DNA from: a bacterium
Lineage (GTDB): Bacteria; DUMJ01
Direction: 5' to 3'
Assembly (NCBI GenBank): GCA_049970495.1
Contig: JBMFMV010000062.1
Location: forward strand, 1 to 10,785
Length of the DNA stretch: 10,785 bases
The position numbers were made by a program, and so were the translations under genes. The notes beneath the pieces are model-generated. The model saw only the letters and a program-made list of their open reading frames with translations, made no database searches and was not told the origin of the DNA. Of this stretch, positions 1 to 7,717 are shown one piece after another (the stretch's first letter is position 1; every line of letters begins with the position of its first letter).

Positions 1-285
1 ATCCGTCGTGGGCGTAGGATACTTGAGAGGGGCTGCTCCTAGTACGAGAGGACCGGAGCGGACAGACCTCTGGTGTACCAGTTGTTCCGCCAGGAGCAGA
101 AGCTGGGTAGCCATGTCTGGTAGGGATAAGCGCTGAAAGCATCTAAGCGCTAAGCCCACCTCAAGATGAGGTATCCCACCGGGTAAGCCGGGTAAGGTCC
201 CAGGGAGAACACCTGGTAGATAGGCTGGAGGTGTAAGGGCGGTAACGCCTTGAGCCGACCAGTACTAATAGACCGAGGTCTTGAT
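1..285 (+). rRNA. rrl: 23S rRNA, 3' end (partial; starts before window)
   Basis: Sarcin-ricin loop AGTACGAGAGGACC at 41-54, conserved GCTGAAAGCATCTAAG, and terminal TACTAATAGACCGAGGTCTTGA. The 3' end is approximate. Confidence 0.97.
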
Positions 286-332
286 ATTACCCGCTATGCA
301 GTTTTGAAGGTGTGGTTATTTAATGATAAGAA

Positions 333-454
<122 letters not shown>

Positions 455-500
455 CTTTTTTGTATTATATAGGGAAAACTCTTTATAGCGAGGTGATTTT

Positions 501-1241
501 ATGTCTGGACATTCGAAATGGCATAATATAAGAGAAACTAAGCAAAAAATGGATTCTGTTAGAGGTAAACTTTTTGGTAAAGTTACTCGTCAGATTATTA
601 TCGCAGTAAGAGAAGGAGGTCCTGATCCAGAGAATAATCCAAAACTTAGACTGGCATTAGAGAAAGCTAAAGAGGTTAATATGCCCTCAGAGAATATAAG
701 AAGGGCTATACAGAGAGGGACTGGAGAATTAGAAGGAGCTAATTACGAAGAAGTTATATACGAAGGATATGGACCAGGAGGAGTGGCTATTATGGTCGAA
801 GCTACTACAGACAACAGAAATAGGACTACAGCAGAACTTAGACATGTTTTTCAGCGTAATGGAGGTAGTTTAGGAGAATCAGGTTGTGTCTCTTGGATTT
901 TCTCACGTAAAGGTTACATACTAATAAGTCCCGAAGAAAAAGAGGAGGCCGTCTATAATATAGCTCTTGAAACAGAGGCAGAAGATGTAAGAAGCACAGA
1001 TGATGGCTATGAGATAATAACTTCTACAGAGAATTTTGAAAAGACCAAGGAGAGTTTTATAAATGCGGGGCTTAAGGTCTTAAGGGCAGAGGTTACATAC
1101 ATCCCTAACAATACAGTTAGAGTTGAAAGCGATGATGCAAGACATTTACTAAGATTACTAGAACAATTAGAAGATCTTGATGATGTTCAGAGGGTGTATA
1201 GTAACTTCGATATACCAGATGAGATTTTGATTAATGCATAG
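501..1241 (+). CDS. yebC: YebC/PmpR (TACO1) family protein
   Basis: MSGHSKW N-terminus, YEGYGPGGVA, TDNRNRT, LEDLDDVQRVYSN; SD GAGGTGA at 491-497; usual position upstream of ruvCAB. Confidence 0.96.
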   Translation: MSGHSKWHNIRETKQKMDSVRGKLFGKVTRQIIIAVREGGPDPENNPKLRLALEKAKEVNMPSENIRRAIQRGTGELEGANYEEVIYEGYGPGGVAIMVEATTDNRNRTTAELRHVFQRNGGSLGESGCVSWIFSRKGYILISPEEKEEAVYNIALETEAEDVRSTDDGYEIITSTENFEKTKESFINAGLKVLRAEVTYIPNNTVRVESDDARHLLRLLEQLEDLDDVQRVYSNFDIPDEILINA

Positions 1242-1740
1242 TAACATTATTGTTGGAGTTGATCCAGGTTCCTATATTACAGGTTATGGAGTTATAGAAT
1301 TAAGAGATAGGTCTTTTTTACTTTTAAATTATGGAATTATAGATACCTCTAAAGAAGATTTAAGATCAAAGGTATTAGAGTCTATTTTTAGGGAACTTTC
1401 ATCTGTTTTAGAGACTTTTAAACCACAAGTGATTTCGTTAGAACGGGTCTTTTACTATAAAAATGTAAAAACTTCTATCATTTTAGGCGAAGTTAGAGGT
1501 GTTGTATTACTTTTAGCAAGTCTTTATAATTTGGAAGTTATGGAATTTAATCCGACGCAAGTAAAAAATTCTCTTACTGGCTATGGTAGAGCAGATAAAG
1601 CACAGATAAGATTTATTGTGAAAAAGCTTTTGTCTATCCAGCAAGATATACCAATAGACGCTAGTGATGCTTTAGCCCTATCCTTATGCGCAGGTCTTGA
1701 GATTTTAGGTAGGCGATGTTCTCCTATATTGAGGGTATAA
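1234..1740 (+). CDS. ruvC: Holliday junction resolvase RuvC
   Basis: GVDPG..TGYGVI, LERVF, PTQVK..LTGYGRADKAQ and DASDALA motifs; all four catalytic acidic residues are present. Confidence 0.96.
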   Translation: MHSNIIVGVDPGSYITGYGVIELRDRSFLLLNYGIIDTSKEDLRSKVLESIFRELSSVLETFKPQVISLERVFYYKNVKTSIILGEVRGVVLLLASLYNLEVMEFNPTQVKNSLTGYGRADKAQIRFIVKKLLSIQQDIPIDASDALALSLCAGLEILGRRCSPILRV

Positions 1741-2285
1741 TTTCTCAGATAAACGACTCTTCAATTATTTTAGATGTAAATGGAGTAGGTTTTCATATTT
1801 ATATTCCACCCTCTCTTAGTAAGTCTCTGAAAGTTAGCAAGTCCTATAGGGTATTTACTGCTTTCTTATTTAATAATGGAATTCCTACATTATATGGTTT
1901 TCTCTCCGATAAAGAGAGGGATTTATTTGAATTGCTTATAAATATCTCAGGTATAGGCCCTAAAGTTGGTATGGCTTTGATTAGCGAATTAGGTTATGAA
2001 GGCATAATTAGAGGAATTAAGACAGAGGATCTAGATGCTCTAGGGGGGGTCTCTGGGGTAGGTAAAAAGAGGGCTAAGAAGTTGATACTAGAGTTAAAAG
2101 ATAAACTTATAAACCTAGAAGACGTATCTCAAGAAAACAAAAGACTACTTACTGAAGTTTTAAAAATTTTAGGTTATAATAAAAGTGAAATAAAAAGTGT
2201 ATTAGAAGAGATAGATTTAGAAAATAAATCCTTAGAAGAATTGATTAAGATTTCTTTACAGAGGTTATCTAGAAGAGATGGATAA
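1716..2285 (+). CDS. ruvA: Holliday junction branch-migration protein RuvA
   Basis: [13 protein letters not shown]...ERDLFELL, HhH motifs ISGIGPK and [16 protein letters not shown]-terminal LGY; lies between ruvC and ruvB. Confidence 0.95.
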   Translation: MFSYIEGIISQINDSSIILDVNGVGFHIYIPPSLSKSLKVSKSYRVFTAFLFNNGIPTLYGFLSDKERDLFELLINISGIGPKVGMALISELGYEGIIRGIKTEDLDALGGVSGVGKKRAKKLILELKDKLINLEDVSQENKRLLTEVLKILGYNKSEIKSVLEEIDLENKSLEELIKISLQRLSRRDG

Positions 2286-3267
2286 AGATATATTCTCTCC
2301 AGTAGTTTTACCAGAAGAGAAAGTAATAGAAAGTTCCCTTAGGCCTAGAACTCTTGAGGAATTTGTAGGGCAAGAGAAAGTGAAGTCTCAGCTAGAAATC
2401 TTTCTTAGGGCCTCTCTTAAGAGAGGAGATACATTAGATCATATATTACTCTATGGTCCTCCGGGATTAGGAAAGACTACTCTAGCATATATAATAGCTA
2501 GTGAGTTAAAGGTGCCTATTCAGGTAACATCAGGTCCAGCTATTGAAAGGGCTGGAGAATTAGTAGCTATATTAACATCTTTAGAGGATGGAAGCGTATT
2601 GTTTATAGATGAAATACATAGACTTGGAAAGCCTATAGAAGAGATACTGTACCCAGCCATGGAGGAAAGAGAGGTCGATATAGTTATAGGTAAAGGGACA
2701 GGCGCTAAAGCTATAAGGATTAAATTACCTAGGTTTACTTTGGTAGGTGCTACAACTAGATTTGGCTTAGTATCTCCTCCGTTGAGAGATAGGTTTGGAA
2801 TTATAGAAAGGTTAGATTATTATTCTCCAGAAGAGATTCTAGAGATAGTAAAAAGGTCTGCCAAGATACTTAATATAAAGTATGAGATAGAAGCACTTAG
2901 AGAGATCTCTCATAGGTCTAGAGGTACTCCTAGGATTGCCAATAGGCTTATAAAAAGAGTGAGAGACTATGCCGAGGTGAAGGGCAATGGCTTTATATCT
3001 TACTCTTTAGCATTAGAAGCCTTAAAACTTTTTGAAATCGAAGAGCATGGACTTGACAGAGAAGACATGAGAATTTTGGAGACCATTGCCTATAAATTTG
3101 GAGGCGGTCCAGTTGGTATAGAGACACTATCTTCAGCTATTGGCGAATCTAGTGAGACTATCGAGGAGATATATGAGCCTTACTTAATAAAGATGGGTTA
3201 TATAGAAAAAACTCCTAGAGGTAGGGTCATCACAGAGAATGGGCTTAAGATTTTAAAAGGGAGATAA
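2278..3267 (+). CDS. ruvB: Holliday junction branch-migration AAA+ motor RuvB
   Basis: SLRP..LEEFVGQ, Walker [10 protein letters not shown], Walker [33 protein letters not shown]. Confidence 0.98.
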   Translation: MDKDIFSPVVLPEEKVIESSLRPRTLEEFVGQEKVKSQLEIFLRASLKRGDTLDHILLYGPPGLGKTTLAYIIASELKVPIQVTSGPAIERAGELVAILTSLEDGSVLFIDEIHRLGKPIEEILYPAMEEREVDIVIGKGTGAKAIRIKLPRFTLVGATTRFGLVSPPLRDRFGIIERLDYYSPEEILEIVKRSAKILNIKYEIEALREISHRSRGTPRIANRLIKRVRDYAEVKGNGFISYSLALEALKLFEIEEHGLDREDMRILETIAYKFGGGPVGIETLSSAIGESSETIEEIYEPYLIKMGYIEKTPRGRVITENGLKILKGR

Positions 3268-3268
3268 G

Positions 3269-3817
3269 ATGAAACTCCTTTTACACATATGTTGTGCCAG
3301 ATGTGTCATATATCCTTTAGAGAGGTTAAAATCTGCCTACGAAGTTATTGGTTATTATTTCAATCCTAATATCCATCCTACGACTGAATATATATTAAGG
3401 GGTGAGGCATTGAAGAATTATCTATCAAATAATATTCCTCTTTTAATTGGGGATTATATCCCTAGTACTCATCTTAAACTTGTAATTAATTCCCTAGATA
3501 ATAGGTGTGAACTCTGTTATACTTTGAGATTGAGAGAGACAGTAAGGAAGGCTAAAGAATTAGAGATAAAGCACTTTTCTACTACACTTCTTGTTAGCCC
3601 ATATCAGAACCACGATAAGATAAGGGAGATTGGAGAGAGATTAGCTGAGGAGGATGGAAATATAGAATTTCATTATGAAGATTTTAGAATTGGCTGGCGT
3701 GACTCTCAGAAAGTAGCTGATGAGTTAGGCATATATAAACAGAAGTATTGTGGTTGTATATTTAGCGAATATGAAAGATTTGAGAAAAAGGTTAAAAGAT
3801 TTTCTTCCTCGGGGTGA
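3269..3817 (+). CDS. queH: Epoxyqueuosine reductase QueH (DUF208), Fe-S protein
   Basis: LLLHICC..C, FNPNIHP..EY..R, RC..CY.LRL, FSTTLLVSPYQ, YKQKYCGCIFS. Confidence 0.92.
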   Translation: MKLLLHICCARCVIYPLERLKSAYEVIGYYFNPNIHPTTEYILRGEALKNYLSNNIPLLIGDYIPSTHLKLVINSLDNRCELCYTLRLRETVRKAKELEIKHFSTTLLVSPYQNHDKIREIGERLAEEDGNIEFHYEDFRIGWRDSQKVADELGIYKQKYCGCIFSEYERFEKKVKRFSSSG

Positions 3818-3823
3818 TAGAAA

Positions 3824-4036
3824 ATGGAATACCTTGGGAAGGCATTGATCCTTTTTGGGGTTCTCTTTGTCTTATTTGGATTGTTTTTACTTTTCTTTAA
3901 TCGTATACCTTATCTTGGAAAGTTGCCCGGAGATATCGTAATAAGAAGGGGTAATACTATAATATTTTTCCCAATAGTTACATGCATCCTTTTAAGTATA
4001 ATCTTATCTATAATCTTAAATATATTTAGAAGATAG
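3824..4036 (+). CDS. DUF2905 family small membrane protein (2 TM helices)
   Basis: Two hydrophobic segments around LGKLPGDIVI...FFPIVTCILLSIILS; typical neighbour of ruvB; SD-like GGGGTGA at 3811-3817. Confidence 0.9.
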   Translation: MEYLGKALILFGVLFVLFGLFLLFFNRIPYLGKLPGDIVIRRGNTIIFFPIVTCILLSIILSIILNIFRR

Positions 4037-4039
4037 TAT

Positions 4040-4936
4040 TCAATCCTGTTTCTTTTGATAGGGTCTATTGAACTTAGGTTCTAGCATCTGTAGCAGTTCT
4101 TTTTCTAGCAAATAAGCCTCAAACTCGGTTGTAGTTATTATATACTCCAAAGAAGTGGTATTCTTCAAGAGTTCTTGTCTACTTTGGGATATACCCTCCT
4201 GAATGTAGAAGTAATTGGATAACTTATTTTTTAAATCTTTAGATTTTGTTATATATAGCACATCTCCTGAGGCGTCTAAGAACAATACGACCCCTGGATT
4301 ATGTGGTACTTCTTCTAGGATATATTTTAGCTTAAGGAAGTTTGGAGGGACTTTGTAACTTCCATCCAATCTTCGCTGTAAATCTTCCCAGGTGAAAATA
4401 CCTTCACTATTAAGGATCTTTAACATTCTATCTAAGATCAAAGCAGTGGCTTCAGCATCATATACAGCCCTATGTCTATGAATTATCTCTATTCCAAAGT
4501 ATTCGGCAAGACTATCAAGGCCTCTTTTTGAGAGATTAAGTATTCTACGTGCCATATTTAGTGTACATAATACATCCCCTTGGTATTTAGGTAGACCTAA
4601 CCTTTCTAATTCATAGTTTAAAAAGGTAAGATCAAATCTTGCATTATGAGCTACAAAGATCCTATCCTTGACTAAATCCATAAGTTTTGGAATGACAACT
4701 TCTGGTGGGGGGGCTGATCTTAGCATCTCTGGCGTTATTCCAGTTAAGAAGGTAATAAATGGTGGAATACTCCTCCCTGGATGCACCAGACTAGAAAAAT
4801 AGTCTATTATTTCACCTCTACTAAATAGAACTGCTCCTACCTCGATTATCCTATCTATAGGTGCTAAGCTGCCTGTAGTTTCAAAGTCAACTATTATATA
4901 TTCTAAATCCCAAATTGATCGTTTTTGTTTGTCCAT
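4040..4936 (-). CDS. DEDDh (DnaQ/PolC-like) 3'-5' exonuclease fused to a C-terminal UvrC/Cho-like GIY-YIG domain (degenerate)
   Basis: ExoI VDFETTG, ExoII VAHNARFD, ExoIII HRAVYDA. C-terminal PHNPGVVLF...VLYITKSKDLKNKLSNYF...EAYLLEKELL...PKFN aligns with the UvrC N-terminal domain. Confidence 0.88.
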   Translation of the reverse strand: MDKQKRSIWDLEYIIVDFETTGSLAPIDRIIEVGAVLFSRGEIIDYFSSLVHPGRSIPPFITFLTGITPEMLRSAPPPEVVIPKLMDLVKDRIFVAHNARFDLTFLNYELERLGLPKYQGDVLCTLNMARRILNLSKRGLDSLAEYFGIEIIHRHRAVYDAEATALILDRMLKILNSEGIFTWEDLQRRLDGSYKVPPNFLKLKYILEEVPHNPGVVLFLDASGDVLYITKSKDLKNKLSNYFYIQEGISQSRQELLKNTTSLEYIITTTEFEAYLLEKELLQMLEPKFNRPYQKKQD

Positions 4937-4937
4937 C

Positions 4938-4966
4938 TTGACATATAGACTATTCTATTGTAATAT
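4938..4966 (+). promoter_or_regulatory. Sigma70/SigA promoter for tRNA-Glu
   Basis: Perfect -35 TTGACA (4938-4943), 17-bp spacer, -10 TAATAT (4961-4966), 16 bp upstream of the tRNA. Confidence 0.7.
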
Positions 4967-4982
4967 AAATATATCATGAAAT

Positions 4983-5058
4983 GGCCCCTTCGTCTAGTGG
5001 CCCAGGACGTCGGGTTCTCAGCTCGAAGACAGGGGTTCGACTCCCCTAGGGGCTACCA
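4983..5058 (+). tRNA. tRNA-Glu, anticodon CTC (reads GAG), encoded CCA
   Basis: Acceptor GGCCCCT/AGGGGCT, anticodon arm TCGGG-TTCTCAG-CTCGA (CTC at 5017-5019), T-arm AGGGG-TTCGACT-CCCCT, 3' ACCA. Confidence 0.96.
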
Positions 5059-5150
5059 GATTTATAATTATATCTGTATTTTCTTAGTAAATTCTTTTGT
5101 GAAAATTTAGCGAAATAAAGACTTTATACCTAAAGGGATAAAATTTTTTG

Positions 5151-5181
5151 GGGGAGCAAATATGTGCTCCCCTTTGTTTTT
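5151..5181 (+). terminator. Intrinsic terminator for the tRNA-Glu transcript
   Basis: 8-bp stem GGGGAGCA (5151-5158)/TGCTCCCC (5165-5172), 6-nt loop, then TTTGTTTTT on the + strand. Confidence 0.82.
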
Positions 5182-6214
5182 ATCTTATCGGATATAGTTG
5201 GACAAAGATATTTCTTGTTTCACCAGCTAATACTTCGTAGTATTGTACAAAGGTCTCATATCCGGCTTTAATTACTGTAATCTGATATCTCCCTGGCTTT
5301 AGTTTTTCAATCTTGATAGGAGTCCTACCCTTTCTCTCTCCATTTATGTATACCTCAGCGTTAGAAGGACTACTAGTAATATAAAGAGTACCTTGATAAT
5401 AAGGGATAGGCTTCAATGAGGCACTTATCTTAGTAATCTTATTAGGTGTTATATTAACAGTCGTTTCATATGGTTGATACCCTGCAAGTTGTAAAGTAAT
5501 TGTATGTCTTCCTACAGAGACGTCACCAGTATATGGTGTATAACCTAAAAATCTTCCATCTATATAGATACTTGCACCACTTGGTTTACTCTCCACTTCA
5601 AGCCTCCCCAGTGCTTGACCTGGCCCAGTAGGAGGTATTACGATACCTTCTGATACTACATAGAAAATGGCATTGGCTGTTGTCCACTGCGGTTGAGTAG
5701 GTGATGGGACAATCTCTATATTTCTTCTTAGCTTATCAGTAAAGTTTTCAGGACTTTCTGGAATTAGTGGGAAAGGCTCTCGACTTAGGTCTTTTTTGTA
5801 ACTTTCTAGGATATTAACAGGAGTCTTACTTGCTAATACATGGATCACTTCTCTTCCGTATGGAGGAGCTATTCTTAAGGTATATTTGTCTGTTGAGGAT
5901 GGAATAGAGTATACTATGTTAGCCCTAAAGAAATTGTCCTGTCGATATCCATTTGGTAAGATAAGTCTAACTTCTCCGTTGGCATTTATGTCCCATATAT
6001 AGACATAAGCATCTTGAGATATTTTAAAGTAAATAGTAATAGTTTCTCCCACTTTATAGTTGGCGTTATTCCCTTTATCAGGCCAGACTTCAACTTTAAA
6101 ATCTGTCTGTATCGGTTCAATAATTATTGTTCTCAATTCTGGCTCTGCACTAAAAATTATGGTAGGTAAAAGAAATAGACCTAAAACTAGTAACGCTAAA
6201 AACCTTTTTCTCAT
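5180..6214 (-). CDS. Secreted/cell-envelope protein: signal peptide + DUF4384 domain + two PEGA domains
   Basis: MRKRFLALLVLGLFLL signal peptide; DUF4384-like YKVGETITIYF...DAYVYIWDINANGEVRLILPN...GREVIHVLAS; PEGA repeats LEVESKPSGASIYIDG..LGYTP and LYITSSPSNAEVYING..KGRTP. Start moved from TTG 6223 to ATG 6214, which lies 9 nt from SD AGGAGG (6229-6224). Confidence 0.85.
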   Translation of the reverse strand: MRKRFLALLVLGLFLLPTIIFSAEPELRTIIIEPIQTDFKVEVWPDKGNNANYKVGETITIYFKISQDAYVYIWDINANGEVRLILPNGYRQDNFFRANIVYSIPSSTDKYTLRIAPPYGREVIHVLASKTPVNILESYKKDLSREPFPLIPESPENFTDKLRRNIEIVPSPTQPQWTTANAIFYVVSEGIVIPPTGPGQALGRLEVESKPSGASIYIDGRFLGYTPYTGDVSVGRHTITLQLAGYQPYETTVNITPNKITKISASLKPIPYYQGTLYITSSPSNAEVYINGERKGRTPIKIEKLKPGRYQITVIKAGYETFVQYYEVLAGETRNIFVQLYPIR

Positions 6215-6227
6215 TTTTATCAACCTC

Positions 6228-7136
6228 CTATTTTATTAATCCAAGTTCCGCAAAACTCACATAATCATCATTATTTCTTCCCAAAATAATGTGATCAAGG
6301 ACTTTTATCCCCACTATCCTGCATGCCTCTACTATCTGCCTAGTTGTGTCTATATCATCTTTAGAAGGAGACGTCTCTCCTGAAGGATGATTATGCACCA
6401 GGATTATCGAAGATGCAGACTTTAAGGTCGCTTCTTTGATTATCTCTTTAGAGTCCACAATACTTGCATTTATACTACCTTTACTTAGCTCTATATTGGC
6501 TATCACCTTATTCCTATGGTCTAGAAGTATTATATTGAATATCTCTTTATTGGAATCTCGAAGATAAGGAGCATAATAATCTTTTACATACAAAACTACA
6601 TCTTTAGGACCCTTTATCTTTACTCCTAACTCCACCTCCTCTCGATACAATCTTTTGCCTATCTCTAAGGCAGCCTTTATCTCAACCGCCTTAGCTACCC
6701 CTATACCTGAGATAGAACAGAGCTGAGATATATCTGCTCTATCTAAACCTCTCAGTGAACCGAACTCATTTAATAGATCCTTTGCTAGCTCTTCCGCGCT
6801 CTTAGAATCACTTCCAGTCCTAATTATTATTGCTAGGAGTTTCGAAAGAGGAAGGTTTTCAGGCCCATTTTTTATTAAGAGTTCTCTTGGTCTTTCGTCC
6901 TTTATCCAGTATTTTATAGGTTTACTTTTCTTAAACTCTTTAGATTTTTCCTTTATCTCCTCCCTTATCCTTTTACAGTCCTCACCATTCTTTATATTTA
7001 GAATTCTAGTAAATTCTTCCTTGTCTTTATCAGATAAAGGAAAGGTCTTACTCGTCCAGAAGACCTTACCCTTTCTACTATATAGTGGATATATGCCATG
7101 AGTTGCTAAATATTTAATAACCTCCTCTTTATCCAC
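6228..7136 (-). CDS. radC: RadC (UPF0758) JAB/MPN-domain protein with N-terminal extension
   Basis: DERPRELL...LLAIIIRTG, HhH ISGIGVAKA, intact JAB motif HNHPSG..SPS..D, LDHIILG. GTG start with SD AGGAG (7147-7143). Confidence 0.92.
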   Translation of the reverse strand: MDKEEVIKYLATHGIYPLYSRKGKVFWTSKTFPLSDKDKEEFTRILNIKNGEDCKRIREEIKEKSKEFKKSKPIKYWIKDERPRELLIKNGPENLPLSKLLAIIIRTGSDSKSAEELAKDLLNEFGSLRGLDRADISQLCSISGIGVAKAVEIKAALEIGKRLYREEVELGVKIKGPKDVVLYVKDYYAPYLRDSNKEIFNIILLDHRNKVIANIELSKGSINASIVDSKEIIKEATLKSASSIILVHNHPSGETSPSKDDIDTTRQIVEACRIVGIKVLDHIILGRNNDDYVSFAELGLIK

Positions 7137-7171
7137 CTAATTCTCCTAAATCAAAGTTAATCTTTTTATAA

Positions 7172-7180
7172 ATTATAACA
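7172..7180 (-). promoter_or_regulatory. Extended -10 promoter for radC-PEGA
   Basis: Minus strand reads TGTTATAAT (TGn + perfect TATAAT), 35 nt upstream of the radC start; no good -35. Confidence 0.62.
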
Positions 7181-7195
7181 CAACTTATATACGAT

Positions 7196-7224
7196 TTGAG
7201 TTTTTAAAATGTTCATGGTAAAAT
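7196..7224 (+). promoter_or_regulatory. Sigma70/SigA promoter for the 7269 gene
   Basis: TTGAGT (7196-7201), 17-bp spacer, extended -10 TGgTAAAAT (7216-7224). Confidence 0.65.
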
Positions 7225-7268
7225 AAGAGTTGTTACTAAAATTAAGAATTTAACCTAGGAGGAAAAAG

Positions 7269-7646
7269 ATGGAAGAAAAGTCTACTGAGAAATTTTCCCA
7301 GGTGATTACTTCAACAGCTCAGAAAATTGGAGAAACTCTTTCTCAACTAGCACAAAAAGTGGGGAAAGAGACTGGGAAATTAGCTAAAATAGCTAGTTTA
7401 AAGGCAGAGATATTTAAGCTCCAAAATGATAGAAAGAGTAAACTAGAAGAGTTAGGGGAGAAAATGCTTAAACTCTATAAAGAGAATGCGCTAACTGTTG
7501 AGAATTTAGGGTCCCTTAAAGATACAATAAGTTCTATATTAGAGATAGAGAAAGAGATAGTCACAAAGAATATAGAGATAAAAAAGATTCAGGAAGAAGA
7601 AAAGATGACTGATGAAGAAATATCCCAGATACCAATGGATCAGTAG
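7269..7646 (+). CDS. Hypothetical helical/coiled-coil protein (125 aa)
   Basis: Strong SD AGGAGG at 7257-7262, its own promoter, K/E-rich helical sequence, tandem stops TAG TAG TAA. Confidence 0.85.
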   Translation: MEEKSTEKFSQVITSTAQKIGETLSQLAQKVGKETGKLAKIASLKAEIFKLQNDRKSKLEELGEKMLKLYKENALTVENLGSLKDTISSILEIEKEIVTKNIEIKKIQEEEKMTDEEISQIPMDQ

Positions 7647-7660
7647 TAGTAACTGAACTA

Positions 7661-7689
7661 TTGACAGATTTTAGTAAAAATGATACTAT
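7661..7689 (+). promoter_or_regulatory. str operon promoter
   Basis: Perfect TTGACA (7661-7666), 17-bp spacer, extended -10 TGaTACTAT (7681-7689); SD GGAGGTG at 7706-7712. Confidence 0.82.
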
Positions 7690-7717
7690 ATTCTGCTGTG
7701 ATATTGGAGGTGACTTA

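Noticed and set aside
179..196. Perfect tandem 9-mer CCGGGTAAG x2 in 23S
   Set aside because: Follows from the self-complementary CCGG stem of the variable helix 98 region; not a repeat element.
5059..5145. ncRNA or CRISPR-like element in AT-rich spacer with weak hairpins
   Set aside because: Only short, mismatched A-T stems; no repeat-spacer periodicity or recognisable RNA motif.
501..7136. Novel defence system made of the clustered nucleases and the JAB protein
   Set aside because: Each gene fits a housekeeping family; no E1/E2, cyclase, toxin or other defence partner is present.
5041..7268. Genomic island integrated at tRNA-Glu carrying radC
   Set aside because: No integrase, no duplicated tRNA 3' end seen, no obvious compositional shift, and RadC is the long HhH-containing form rather than the short mobile-element form.
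7137..7268. LexA/SOS box upstream of radC
   Set aside because: Only a half-site (GTTC at 7211-7214); no GAAC-N4-GTTC or CTGT-N8-ACAG.
7661..7717. Apparent 19-aa N-terminal extension of S12
   Set aside because: The TTG is the -35 hexamer; the SD and conserved MPTINQL place the start at 7718.
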